DNA of 55,665 bases, filler included, from Platydemus manokwari (taxonomy: Eukaryota): NCBI GenBank assembly GCA_037951405.1. It is 5 parts of 5 records of this genome, joined end to end, with 100 filler letters (N's around TTAATTAATTAA, not from the genome) between each part and the next. Parts side by side here need not be neighbours in the genome. Positions count along the whole stretch, not along the records: positions 35,139 to 46,464 come from JBBMOY010761092.1; positions 46,565 to 55,665 come from JBBMOY011281540.1; 3 more parts are not named here. One strand, 5' to 3'. A model generated the notes under the pieces. It saw only the letters and a program-made list of their open reading frames with translations, was not told the origin of the DNA and searched no databases. This document shows positions 36,401-49,534 of this stretch, piece by piece. Position numbers and translations under genes: made by a program. Numbering within the stretch: the stretch's first letter is position 1; each line of letters begins with the position of its first letter.

Positions 36401-37357
36401 TCACTTTTAACAATTCATCATCTAATCTATGTCGAAAATCTTTGATTGTTTCTAATAATTGATCTTCATTAATTTGCTACCCTAAATTTTTAATATTTGA
36501 TTTGAAGTTAATGATATAGTAATATATTCTTTCTCATTTTTATAAGATTTAAATTAAGTCGAATTTCTTGGATCGTGTTTGTAATTTTAAGACTTTGTAT
36601 ATCTTAATATACCTGGAAATGTCACTAAGCACTTCGATCTTGCAGTATCTCTTATATCAAGAATCATTTGTAAATTTAAATTCAATAAGGTTTTGATCTT
36701 CTCATTACTTTTCTTGTTTGATCCATTGCAAAACCGAGTCCCTTTTTCTTCAATTGATCATTTGTTTTATTTTTCAAGTGACGGACATAATTTCAGGAGA
36801 TCTCGAGAATTCATGCTTACTTGGCAAATTATAAGTGAGAAATGTAATTACTGAAATTTTAAATTTTACTTGGCTACTTTGAAAATGAGTAAGTAGTCCC
36901 CAAATCTAGTTGTTGTGAACAAAATTATCCTCATTTGTATTGTATATTTTCTTTTAATGTGGTTCATGCTTGAAGACATTAAATAACAACATTTGCACAT
37001 CACTCCTTATTTAAATAATTAAATTTCTTTTTTCCATTTTATATTCAATTATTTTTAATCAATCTCAACACCGGTTCAATCTTTTATTTAAAGACAATGA
37101 TGGATATATTTCGAAGAACATTGTGAGTAATCTAATTTAAAGTATTTATTGCTATCAGATAAATGTTTTAATGAAACATATTCAACAAAAGTTGCAAGAA
37201 TAAAAACAATTCAACAGTGCATGTCATCTATCGACACGTGCTCATATTATTCCCCGGATTAAACTAGATAATGTTCCATTAGTAAACTCTTAAAAAGTGT
37301 TTCGTTATAATTATTCATGTGAGAAATACATTAGAAACTGTAGTAGAAATAAGATAT

Positions 37358-37648
37358 TTACAAGTCAGAACAATCAACATTGAGAATTTCTTCATATTTG
37401 TTTGGTAGTTGTTGGCTGTTAAAGATTTGTCGAACAACCTGCTTTAAAGCTGGTTGACGAGCCTCGGGTTGATAAAGAACGGAATCACACGATTCCATCA
37501 TTCCGATTCTCTCTTTGAGAAATACTCGACGACGTTTAATTAAATTAGCCATGAGAGAATTGATTTTCGGGCAAGTTCGAGCACATGATCCGACCGATGA
37601 TAAAAGTGAGCAAGAAAGCGTTGATGTCACACAGTCTCCTCCTTTGTA
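37358..37648 (-). CDS. Probable terminal coding exon of an unidentified gene
   Basis: Acceptor-like ttccag followed by 96 open codons YKGGDCVTSTLSCSLLSSVGSCARTCPK...NVDCSDL*, GC-richer than flanks. No upstream exon found. Confidence 0.4.
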   Translation of the reverse strand, partial: YKGGDCVTSTLSCSLLSSVGSCARTCPKINSLMANLIKRRRVFLKERIGMMESCDSVLYQPEARQPALKQVVRQIFNSQQLPNKYEEILNVDCSDL

Positions 37649-40600
37649 CTGGAATTGTTCGATTTTAATGAGAAAAAATGGAAAATAAGCAGTTTTAATC
37701 CAAAAAATTAAATTATTTACGATTACCAATATGCATACAGTATTAAGAAAAATGTATGCATTTTATTAATATTTTTTGGTTTCCTGTTATCATTACACCA
37801 ATGGCAAACAAACAATGATCGTGATATCAATTAAATAAATAAATATAAATACACGTAAAATATCAAGAAAGGAAATCTTAACGGATTACGCATAAATATC
37901 GTAAATTTCATCAAGATAAGACAAGAACAGACCTTAAAACCCTAGTTAGATATGGCCGTATCTAAAAGAATGATTCCAACTTTTTAACAATACCCCGAGA
38001 TTTCTGTAGAAAAGTAAGCAAGGACAAATTTTTTTTTACTAATCCAACAATATCGTTGGAAATGAAAAAGGATATATTTAAAGGGAATCTTTACAGTAAT
38101 ACAGGTAAGTGCAGTATTCATATACAGATTGATCTGAAACTTCTTTACGGTACCAAGGAATTCAAATTTTTTTTAATAAATAATTATTTAGCAAACATAA
38201 AACCGAAAACCACGAAAATAAAATCTTCATCGTGATCTCTCAAGGTCAAGAGGTTTTAAGATTTCACTTACTGTGAAACAGGTCAATCACATGATGTCTG
38301 TTTATAAAAATATCTTACCAATAATACTAAAATTCTTATCAAACCATAATCATATTTGATTTCCAATTTACCCTCCCAGTTTCGAAAGTAATAGAGGTAG
38401 AAATTTAAACAAAATTTAAGTCTCAGATACCATTTACTTATCTTTAGAAAATTATATTTTTATAGAAATAATTAATTATCTGAATTATAGCAGAAAATAT
38501 TTTTCAAATTTATAGAAAATAAAAATAATGAGTGGAAGAAGATCAGAAGATCGATATACATGTCGAAATGATCGAAAAAGAATTATTCATTTGTCGTGGC
38601 TATATTTTCATTGATTATTGTTTACATCGTTTGGTGATAGAAACAAATAAAATTATACCGTAAAATTCGGTTACCATCAGTTATTGCGTTCCGTGAAAAA
38701 TATGGCGTTCCGAATCAGCGAACAAAATCAATTGAACTGATAAATATTTATTCGAAAACTAAAAACAATTACTGAGACACTTCAGAAATTTACATACAAC
38801 CAAAAATGATTTTTGTTCACAGAACTATCAATTTATTTCCAATATTTGTAATAACGACATACTTTACCCTTGAGATCAGCCAATCAAATTAAACCGCCTC
38901 ATTTAAATTTGTATTAAAAAATTAAATTTAAATTAAGAAAAAAGGTCCTTTTATGTTATAACGTAATTTTATATACTGCTGCTATGTTTGATTTATTCGT
39001 ATAATTCAGTTAATATCTCATTTTTAAGATGTCTAATAATGACAAAACATAGTTTTAAAACCAAGTTCTCATTCTAATCGCAACACTTCTATATGATTAT
39101 TTGAGTTTTTAAACTTAAATTTTGATAATTATAAATAGTGTTAGTTAACTACAGACGTTCTTAATATCATTGCTTATTTTTATAAAAAAATTGTAAAAAT
39201 TGAGAATATCTTTTAATTTACTTCTAATGTTAAAAAAGGGGCCCTCGCTATTTTTCAATAAATTGCAATTCGACTTATATTTTTCATTTTTTCAAATAAC
39301 CAAACTTTAGGAGATTTTTAAGCTCTAATCTATTTAATATTTCATTTCAAACTACTAAAATTCTTCTTAAGTACTTATATAAAAAATTTTATAAGTTGTA
39401 GTCCACATTAGAGCTCTAATATTTCTAATAAGATTATTGGCAAATGCTGTCGGAATATTATTTCAGCTTATTTGATTTCTTTAGCTAGTTCAGTTTTCTG
39501 TGTGTTCTAAATTTCATCGTGCTTATAAAGTGCAATGTGTTTTCTGGTGATTTTGTGATAAGCTTTATTATTTTAAGTAACTGAAATTTTTGGTTATCAT
39601 GTTATTTCTAGTCATTTTTAATAATTAATATTTTTAGGCTGAGATAAATCTTGATGCTTCAAAAATATAAATTCTTTCACATCAATGTGTCAGTATATTA
39701 TTTGTGATTTTTCTCATAAAAATTAATCATTTCATTTCATGTTATTTTTATTTTGGATAAAAATAATTCTGCTTTTCTGAATAAGGTTATAGGGATACTG
39801 AAACACAGATTATAATTATTAATATTTTAGATAATATAATATAAATTGTTTATGATATACATTGTTCTGTGGATTTCTTATTTTTCGAGGTCGGTTACTA
39901 ATTTTTTCCAGAATTCTTTCATATGATTATGTCTGGATTTATAGAATCTCTTTGAATTTGTTCTCTCAGGTAATTTATAAGGTCTGACGATTTTGGTCTT
40001 TTAGATTTTTATACTCTTTATAGTTCTTCATCTGATAATTTTAAGTCTTCTCCATTTGGTTATTTATTTTCTGCCAAACCACTTGCAACAATTTTTGGTA
40101 GCCAAAATTACCAAAAATACCAAACACGTTTCTACTCTGACCTAAACAAATCAATTTTTTATTTTTAGTATCCAAATCCTTAAAAGTGATTACTATACAC
40201 TCATTCAGGATTTAAAAACTCAAACTGTTAAATTTATGTGTATAATTTTAGTAGAATTTCTTACTGTAATAAAACCTACACAGAAAATTATAATAAAATA
40301 GAGCACATTAGTGTCAATTTTATATTATTCGTAGCAAGGATGTTTTAATAAACAAGGCCTTTACCAAATTGGTCTATTGATAATAAACATGAAAAAAAAG
40401 GTTCATAACAAAGAATTTTCAAGATTTATGTGAATAGAGAATTAAGAAAATAATCGAAAAATACTGTTTTTAATATCGTAAAATAAACTTAAAAATTAAA
40501 ATTCATTCGAACATATTTTACCGTATAATTAGATAAAGAAAATGAAAAATTATTTAATGTTATTATAGAACAAATGTCTTAGGTAGTTTAATAACATTTT

Positions 40601-41079
40601 AAATCACTTCGTGCACGATTTTCTTACGTGTTGAAGGAAATTGATTATCACTTTTATGTTACTACTTACTATTAAAATCAGCAAATTTATAAATATTTTC
40701 GAATTATTTTCGCAGAATTGTTTAAATATATTACTCTTTCTTTGTGATATTTGAAAAATCCGTTTAATATGACTAAACCTGCTTAATTTCAACTGTTCCT
40801 TGTTATGCTGGAAATGTTCATAATTTTCTAACAATTATTATAAAATGGTTCTCAAAGTGTTAACAGAATAACGTATTAAAACAACAAAAAATCATTCAAC
40901 AAATTAAGTAACCGATCAAGAGTGAGGTTTTCATTGTGTTAAGTGTTTTCCAATCAGTGTATTTTATTGAATGGTTTAATAAATAATGAATCTACTGATA
41001 TCGTGGTGCTGTTTCAATAAAGTTGCCCAATAGTAACACACACACAATTAGGTAACCAATTTGCTCGAGCATGTAAGCA

Positions 41080-41679
41080 TCAAAGTAACCCTCGATCCAT
41101 TATATCTTGGAGATCGACACAAATTCTATCCATAATCGTTTTGTACGGTTCATCATTCGACAGGCTCCTTGTCAGAAATTCTCTCGTGACAAGAAATTCT
41201 GCACAATTGACGATTTTACATTTCGATTTGTCGGTAATGTGCCTTTGTACTAAGAAAAGAAGAATCGATTTAGCCTTATTCAAATTATCCAAGAGCAAAT
41301 TAATGAGAACCGATTGATTACGACATCGACGGCTCTTGACGATCATGTCACAAATTTTATAGAAAACATCACGGAAATCGTTGGATTTCTCAATTTCTTC
41401 GTCGTTGAAAACGTCATTGATGAAAAGTAGAGTGATTTTTATATTCAACTTGATCATGTTTTTCATTTGCTTATTCGCCAATTGGCGAGAATTAGTGTAA
41501 TGATACAACAATCTGTGAATGTTGTCAAATATCCTATTTGTCGGCTCATTCAACAGGAATTTTACCAAATATTTTGAAGAGAATTTGCTGGCTAATTTCT
41601 TTTGACATCTCAAAACCATCGTTTGCGTATTGATCAAATCTGGATTGGGCGATGTTTCATTCAAAGATTCCGGTTGCAT
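41080..41679 (-). CDS. TNFAIP8: TNFAIP8/TIPE (DUF758) family protein (~199 aa)
   Basis: INTQTMVLRCQKKLASKF...IFDNIHRLL...KQMKNMIKLNIKITLLFINDVFNDEE...LVQRHITDKS...ICVDLQDIMDRG matches the family pattern (QAQKKILGK; KNLIK..IK..IL..N.QF..EE; QRHLT.KS). ATG at 41679; an acceptor ttacag near 41732 implies an upstream exon. Confidence 0.88.
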   Translation of the reverse strand: MQPESLNETSPNPDLINTQTMVLRCQKKLASKFSSKYLVKFLLNEPTNRIFDNIHRLLYHYTNSRQLANKQMKNMIKLNIKITLLFINDVFNDEEIEKSNDFRDVFYKICDMIVKSRRCRNQSVLINLLLDNLNKAKSILLFLVQRHITDKSKCKIVNCAEFLVTREFLTRSLSNDEPYKTIMDRICVDLQDIMDRGLL

Positions 41680-42969
41680 GGTGAAATATGATAAAATTAC
41701 TATCTTTCTCAAAAGGGCGAAGTCTTCAAATCTGTAAATAATTGGGAAAAATAAAGAAATTTTTTTCAAATATATATTAGTATTTGCCTGTTACTATGGA
41801 AATAAATTCGAAATTTGTCTCTGTTATATTGATTTTGAAAATATTCCTTGAATGTGATTGGTTGAATTGGCATATATGTGAGACAGAAAATTTTCCTATA
41901 AGTGATGTTATAATATTAGTAATGTAATTAGATAGAATTACTCTGGAAAACATTAAGAAAAAATATAAACTGAATTTGCTAATTAGATTAGATTTAAGAC
42001 TGAACGAATTTCTATTAAACGAGTTTCTAAAAATAGAATTATCAAATGTATGTAAATGTCGATTGATCTGCTATTACTTTAAGTTATTACTTATTTGAAA
42101 ACAGTTTTAGAAAGCTTTTTATTTTTTCTTATTTCAATGTTTTAGAAAATTGTCCTATCAGAATTAACTTGTAAATATTGCTTTATAATTTTATCTCTAT
42201 CACATTATTATGTCTCTCGTGTTTCAAATGTTTTGGGTTGCGATAATTTGAAAGATGGCAGAGTGGAAAAAATATGTACTATAAATTATATACTGATTTA
42301 CGTACAAAATGAGAACTTGAAATTTACCTTTTTAAAAATTATTAAGAACTTAGTAAAGCACGAATTTAATATAAATGGAATCATTAAACTTTGATAAATA
42401 GTTTTGAAGAATTAAAAAAAAATTTCAAAAATGAGAGCTAAATATAAATAAAATTTCAAAAACATTAAACTTTAAAAAAGTTTATCAGAAGAAAATATTG
42501 GTGAAAAGTAACAGCAATCCATCCATGTTTTGTTTAAAAATTATTATACTACATTGCTATTGTTGTTAACATCCGCTAATTTTCTATGAAGAAACTTCCG
42601 CTTTTAACTTTATCAATTAGAGCCCAAAATATTAATGGCGGAATTTACATAGAATTTTAAAACATCTATCCAACTATTACAACAAATAATAATTTTACTG
42701 CAACCTATTTTAAATTTGATACTGTAGTTTGCACTTTAAACGTTAATATTATCTCGGTAGCTCAGGTGTTGAAGGCAAGCAAGTATTACGTATTCACATG
42801 CCACGCAATGCATTATAAAATGCAAACCGGTACGAGAAAACTGGATGAAAAAATTAATTAAATTATCCTATTATTAATGAAATAATAAGCGAAAATGCAT
42901 TTATTATTTATCAAACACCAATTAAAAAGCGAAATCCCGAATTTTATTATTAAATAATCTCCTATCAAT

Positions 42970-44108
42970 TTATGGTTCTTCGGTTTCGTCATCTTCACTC
43001 TCTTCATCTTCTGAGACGGAATCATCTCCGGAAACTTCATTATTTGCTTCCTCCAATTCTGCGAGGCGCTTTTTCAAATTCATTTCGTCATGATCGGAAA
43101 CAACGCGTGGCTGAAAATAACACAAAATTTATGATTTTCGTTCCAAATCGAAGTATTTATTCAGGTGACCAAATAAAATGCCATAAATATATCAATATTC
43201 ACCTTTTCTAACAATCTGAAAGATCCTCCTTTCGATTCGATAGCTTCTTTCATTACATCAATAGCCTTCTGAAGCATATCCAAGCCAACTTGTTTATCTA
43301 ATGTTTGGCAGGTCATCATAAATTGGGGTGATTGAATCAAATTTATCTTGATTTCCAATTCTTTCGAAGATAAATCGAGACCTTTCCGTAAAGCATACTT
43401 AATAGCATCGATTCCTTCGAATGTAAAGCAAGAAATCTCGAAATCACTTCTAATTTTCACAGCCTGTGGCATCATACGACGTTGGATATCGGCAATAAGT
43501 TTCTCTTTAATACCAGCTTCCAAATCACATTCATCCAAAACTTCTGGATTCCTATAGAATCTTATTAAAATACCAAATTGACATATTCATCATACGTAAC
43601 GGCTTGTTTGAAAATATCGTAGGAGGCTCCTTTCCTGCCATACTTTCTATCAAAATGCCAGGCGGTTTTGTTAAATAAATCTTCGAGCTCTTCATCGGTG
43701 GTAAAATGTAATTCTTCAGCTAAACGTCTTAAAATTTGATTAACGGTTTTGGCATTAGCAAATTTCTCTTCGCATCGAGTCACTTCTTCTGCTGAAACTT
43801 GACGTTTCGATAAATCTATATATTCTAGAACCAGAGAATAAATTAGCTAACATCGAAGTCACAAAATTACTTTTATCAGCATCTACTCTGATAACTGAGA
43901 CAACTTCATTTCTTCCAACTCTCAATAATTTATTTACCGATCGAATTCTTCTGCGACTCAATTCACTTAACAAGATCATTCCTTCGATATTTTGGTATTC
44001 AAGGAGACTAACATAAGCACCCATTGCTTGGATAGATTTAACAGTTACAACTACTACATCGCCAATTTCAGGCAACTCATTTTCATAATAGCGGCATTTT
44101 AAAGACAT
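42970..44108 (-). CDS. EIF2S1: Translation initiation factor 2 subunit alpha (318 aa)
   Basis: Exons 44108-43871, 43824-43596, 43551-43203 and 43110-42970 (introns 46, 44 and 92 nt). S1 domain with [16 protein letters not shown] (Ser51 site), YIDLSKR and an acidic C-tail. Confidence 0.97.
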
Positions 44109-45849
44109 AATTGTTTCAAAGTTAACTGTGACAAATTAATAATAACTAATTTAAATTTAATATTATTAAAACAATATTTCATCATTGATTTAGAAATAAA
44201 AACTGACTAATTAAAATAAATTAGATAAAAATAATTAAATAAAATTTCTAATTAATCACAAAAATTATCATAATCGTAATTTTGTTGATAATTCTTAGCA
44301 CTTATTGTAATTTATAAAATTAAAAATTATTAAAATTTTTATGACATTCTTAAAAAAATTTCGAATAAGTTTTTAATATTTTTAGATAAAATGCTTTGAC
44401 TTTACTCATTATTGGAAAGGTTGCTATCATAAAATTGTGTGAAATAATAACATAATATGTTTATTATTAAATAACATATCTTTTGTTTAGTTATAACCTG
44501 AGTGATTTTGGTTGAAAGATTGACTTCAAAATGGAGAATTTTCATAGAAATAATGACCATTATAATCTTAACACGTATGTCTACACAGTCACACAGACAC
44601 GATAACTGTCATATCAGAAACAATAGAGTAAGGTTGATTTCAATTTGATGAAATAAAAGACTAAGTAACAACACAAAGAGGTTTGAAGCCAAAGCAGGAT
44701 AACAAGCGGATGCCTGAAAAGTCGTCTAAAAGTAATCTCTAGAAAAAATTCACCATCACACCATCACTTTGATCAGTCCAGTAGACTATTCCAACTTCAA
44801 TAAATTGATGAAAATAACGGTGTGAGTTTAATTTAATTAATTTGGAATCTATTGATCATCAACACCTTAAGTTTGTTACATCTAAGAACATAAAAGCAAT
44901 GTAAACTCAAAAGACCATCATCGATAAGATAGCTTGACAATAATATTTCAAATAAATGTCTCTTTGAATACTAGTAGGTTCAAAAATCCTACTATAAATA
45001 TGAAAGGTAATTTGCATGGATGATGAATCTAGAGTTAATCTGTGACAATCTGCACAGGAAGCAAAATGGGCGTCAGAAAAGGAGGTGACTAGGCTCATAA
45101 TTTTATGACGAACTAAATTAATTGTTGAAATTGATAACAGGGGTAGTGATTTGGGAATATTGGCAATGAGGTTATTCCTAAAATCTTGAAACAATGAAGA
45201 CGGAAATTGGAAATTGTATGATGTATTTTGTGAAGTCCTTAAGAAAAGTTAAGCATACAATAACTCACAGCTGTTAACTTTTAAATTATTATGGCACTGA
45301 AAATGAGCTATACCAATAATTTCGAGTAGTTCAATAAATTTAGGTTTTAGTTAAGAAATGGCGTAATTATTGTGAAAAAATTGTAACGGTAAGAGATTTT
45401 GATATTTCCATTCAAAATTATGTTGGGTTTTGGAGCTATCAATAAATTTAAATTTTAATAACAGTGTTGGAGTTCCGAGAAAAATAGACAATGAAACTTT
45501 GCATGCTTATGATATTGGTGTATAATAGTATTACTTTTTATCATTTAATTGTAAACGATTTGATGTGCAAATATTACCCTAAATCAATTGGAAGCTTTAG
45601 TAGTTGAATAATAATAATATTTAATCAAAGTTAAAAATAAAATAGTTAAAAAGAAATCTTTGTCGTAAATTGGAATATTGAATGTTTTAGTTAAAAATAT
45701 TAAGTATTTCGGTTAAAGATAATAACTGTAGAAAATCATTTTATCATATTTTAATATGATAATAATTTAGAATAAAATTTGGTTAATTTTTAGTTAAAAA
45801 CTTAAAATATATTGATAAAATAGAATTAATTAAAATGAAAATAAGTTAA

Positions 45850-46464
45850 TTATTTTAATTTTCTGCCCAACGACTAAAAATTCCAATCCTTTAAACCTCT
45901 ATTTTCCCGAATTTGCCCGTATATTAAAATAATACCCAACTATAAAACCCACACGGCAACTAAGGCAGAGAGAAAATTCTTTTGAATTGTGAAAATTCGT
46001 CACAATAAAGAATAAAAGCACCTGCATATTTTTTATTCATCCCGAATAAAATCCCATTGTCCACCAAATCATATATAAGGCAGTTACCGCCTGTTACAAA
46101 GAAGCCCTATTATACTGAAACCACTAGGATAGTGCGTTAGAAAGCTCAATATCTGAAGAAGATCTTTTGTGCCGTCGAAGCCGTCAATCCCTCTGCAGCC
46201 GTTGTTCCAGCATATGTCCTATATTTCTTATAAGAAGAGTATTAAATAATACTGTCCATCCGAAGACGAGATCACGTAAGAGTAATTCCTGTAAAATCAA
46301 TATATTCTTGTTTATCTCGCATATTCTTCCTATTTATCGAGCCGAGCTTGGAAAAACCTCTGAAGAAACGGACACTGACCCATTAGAACGAAGGGTAACT
46401 GTTTTGTCCAACATCTGCTTCCATTGAATTTGCACATCGAATTATTCCAGCGTTTAAGTGTATA
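45850..46464 (-). mobile_element. Retroviral-type integrase remnant followed by a possible LTR start
   Basis: TLKRWNNSMCKFNGSRCWTKQLPFVLMG fits the integrase core C-terminal pattern TLK......W...LP.VL. Downstream TGTAACA at 46098 could begin a 3' LTR. Truncated by a linker; the lower boundary is approximate. Confidence 0.5.
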
Positions 46465-46564
46465 NNNNNNNNNNNNNNNNNNNNNNNNNNNNNNNNNNNN
46501 NNNNNNNNTTAATTAATTAANNNNNNNNNNNNNNNNNNNNNNNNNNNNNNNNNNNNNNNNNNNN
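46465..46564. other. Artificial contig linker
   Basis: 44 N + TTAATTAATTAA + 44 N. Confidence 0.97.
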
Positions 46565-49534
46565 TGTATAGAATGAGAAATTAAAGTAAGTATTTTAATA
46601 ATGGTTATAGCTATTTCAATTTAAATTTCTAATTATTTATACACTATAACGATGCTTACTAAAATATATGATTTAAAGAATTCGTTATAATTATTATTTT
46701 GTATTGAAAGAAATTTGTATCATTATTAATGAATTATATATTATTTTGATGAATTATTAAATAATAGTTCATTTATCATAGAAATATCTCATTATTCATA
46801 CGATTTTCATGATCGTAATTTAATCTTACATTAACCAGATTTAAATCAAATTATAAAGAAGCTCGGTTTGTTCAATTCTTTGAAATGTGATTTCTTTCAT
46901 AATCGTCGTTATTCCACCGAATTAGCGGTTTTCATAAAATTACTTTCAAGTCTAAAAGTATTGAAATAAGAATTTGATTTTTCTACCATTAATTTTATAT
47001 TAACAATTTCCGGATAAAAAGGAAACACTAATCTATAATTGTTAATTTTTAAATTTATTGAAAGATATGAAATTAGTCTAATTCTATACTTTGTTTGACC
47101 AATAGTTTTCAAAGTCTGCTCTGAATTTGTTTATTTGTTATTCTTTTTGGTGTAAGTGTATCACAGAATTTCAGCTTCTACACTAATGATAATCACCTAA
47201 CTTTATTCTCTCAATGTCCGACTGATTTTTCACATCTCTTCTATATTCATGTCGATTATTTATATTCCGAATTGATTGCAAACCATTAATAAACAGTAAT
47301 TAACGGGATGTCATGTGTTCATTGTGTCTTATTGTGAAAACAGATTTGTGATATCTGATTAGTTCCTCGTAGTAGGTGGCTTACTCTGAAAATAACACCC
47401 TCGTGTCTAGAATGCAAGCATTGTCTTTGAACTTCAAAATGATCACTCTAAATAAATGATAGTAATGTGGTGAATAGAGTATTCTTCTACCTTTATATTC
47501 TGTGAATCCATAATTATAGTTATATTACTTTCAGTAGATAAAATATCTGTTCTTATATATTGAATCTCTCGATTCTGCAACTGGCTCATGGTTTTCTATC
47601 ACTTGGAATTGGGTTCACTTCTTCAATAGACACAAACTTTTGTGCTTGATGCCAATCTTTACAAATTTCATTTGATCTCATGATTGGTTTCATCTTTTAA
47701 TCCCATGTGCGAACTCATTTCAAATATTCATATATTCTGAATTATTGCTTCCAATTCAAGTATGGAATCCAGAACTACCAGAGCTGTTCTCTACATGCGA
47801 ATCCCAAAGCTTTCATTTCGGGCTGTTTGACATTTACTAATCGCCAGTTCTCGAATCATCAACAAATCTTTTACAAGCCTTTAAGACATTCGAAAAATTC
47901 TCTGGCAGCTTGCTAAGTTCAAATGACAATATCTCTATCGATATTTGAAAATATATTGTGCTTGATGATTTCTGTTTAATAATAATGTCATTTTATTTTT
48001 TTGTATAATTTCTATGCTAGTCCCCATATATTTCTTATCGAATAACTTATTTTTATTGAAACTATATTAAAGATAAATTCTTGTTCAATGTGATTGATGG
48101 TAAAAAGTCAGATAGAGCATGAATAATAAATATCAAAATCAAATCAATTAAGAGCTAATGTAGTAAAATAAAAAAATTACACTGTGAAAGACAGTTGATT
48201 TAAACAAAAGTTACACAACACAAAATACAAAACTAAGAAATATTTCACTCTCGAGAAGAAGCAGTAATTAATACTACTGATCGCAAAAAAGTGTATTGAA
48301 AAATTTAAAGAAATAGTATTCGATATTACTGGCTATTAGTGCCAATTATCGAGTGAGGAAGCAATTGCATGGCACGGAAAGCAATAATTTTTATTAACAA
48401 TTTGCAAAAAACTCTTCAAGAAGAAATAAATAATCGATGAAATCTCAAAAGGCTTTTAGAGAAAAACACTTGTTCCCGAAATCAATTCAAGCCCTCTTAC
48501 TTTCGAATTCATTCTCAGTACAAATCAACTTCCATTGCCGTCCACTTGTTCTTTTGTAGAAGTCGTAACTCAGAGTAACACAATGAAATATCAGTTTTCG
48601 TACTGTCCAATATAATTTTTAATTTAAATACTTATTCTACCAGCTTTTTCTTTCGACCACAAGTGGTAATAACATTGGTAGCAATGCCTCGTTGTTCTGA
48701 CGATAAGTTTTTTGAATCACTTTTTTATTGTATTTGTTTGATCCCATCTTTAATAAGTCATCGTATACGCAGATTCATTGAATTAATAACTTCAAATGTC
48801 TGTTCTGACAGGACACTCATTCGTACGAAACATTAGATTAAGAACGGCCATTCACTGGTAATAATAATAGCATAGAATGACAAACAATCGCATTAACCTA
48901 ATAATTATGATTATCATAATAATTATAATAAATATTTTTCAAAACAACATCATCAATCATATTAGTAATCGCGTTTGTATCCTGCAGTAAATAATAATTA
49001 AGAGCATTTCATGAAAAGATGCTTTGTTAATGATGGAGTTAAACTTCATTAGCTTGCATATAAAATTTAGCTCAATTTTACACAGTCCTGGCGTCGAAAA
49101 CCATTATGATATTGTAATTGAATTTTGGATTGTTGAAGTGCATTTAAGAGGTCACAGAAATTATTATTGGCAGTCATTCTATTAATTTCAACAAATTTCA
49201 ACACAATACAATTTATATGTGTGCGTGTATGCTATGATGTTTTGTGATAATAATCGATAATCAATATCTCTAAGACAAGTCTACGATTCAAGAATATTTT
49301 TTTTTCATCAAATTGTCTGTGTGTATAAAATCTAGCAAAACTCGGAAAACAAACAAACTCATTATAATAATAAAGTAAACGCCATTCGAAAATTGTTTTT
49401 GGTGCTAATACATCCATACCGGTTACGAATGCATATAATTGGACCAGATTTACAGCCAGTTATCATACCAAATTAATTATCATTCATTTCTCATCTATTT
49501 CTTTTCCAAAAATTTTCGGTGTTTTTGCATCTCA

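Noticed and set aside
46150-46190. Hammerhead-like ctgaagaag...gtcgaagccgtc
   Set aside because: GAAG instead of GAAA, no stem I pairing, and it lies antisense within the integrase-associated remnant.
47100-48900. Coding-like decayed stretches (possible retroelement or Tc1 pieces)
   Set aside because: No diagnostic motif recovered by manual translation.
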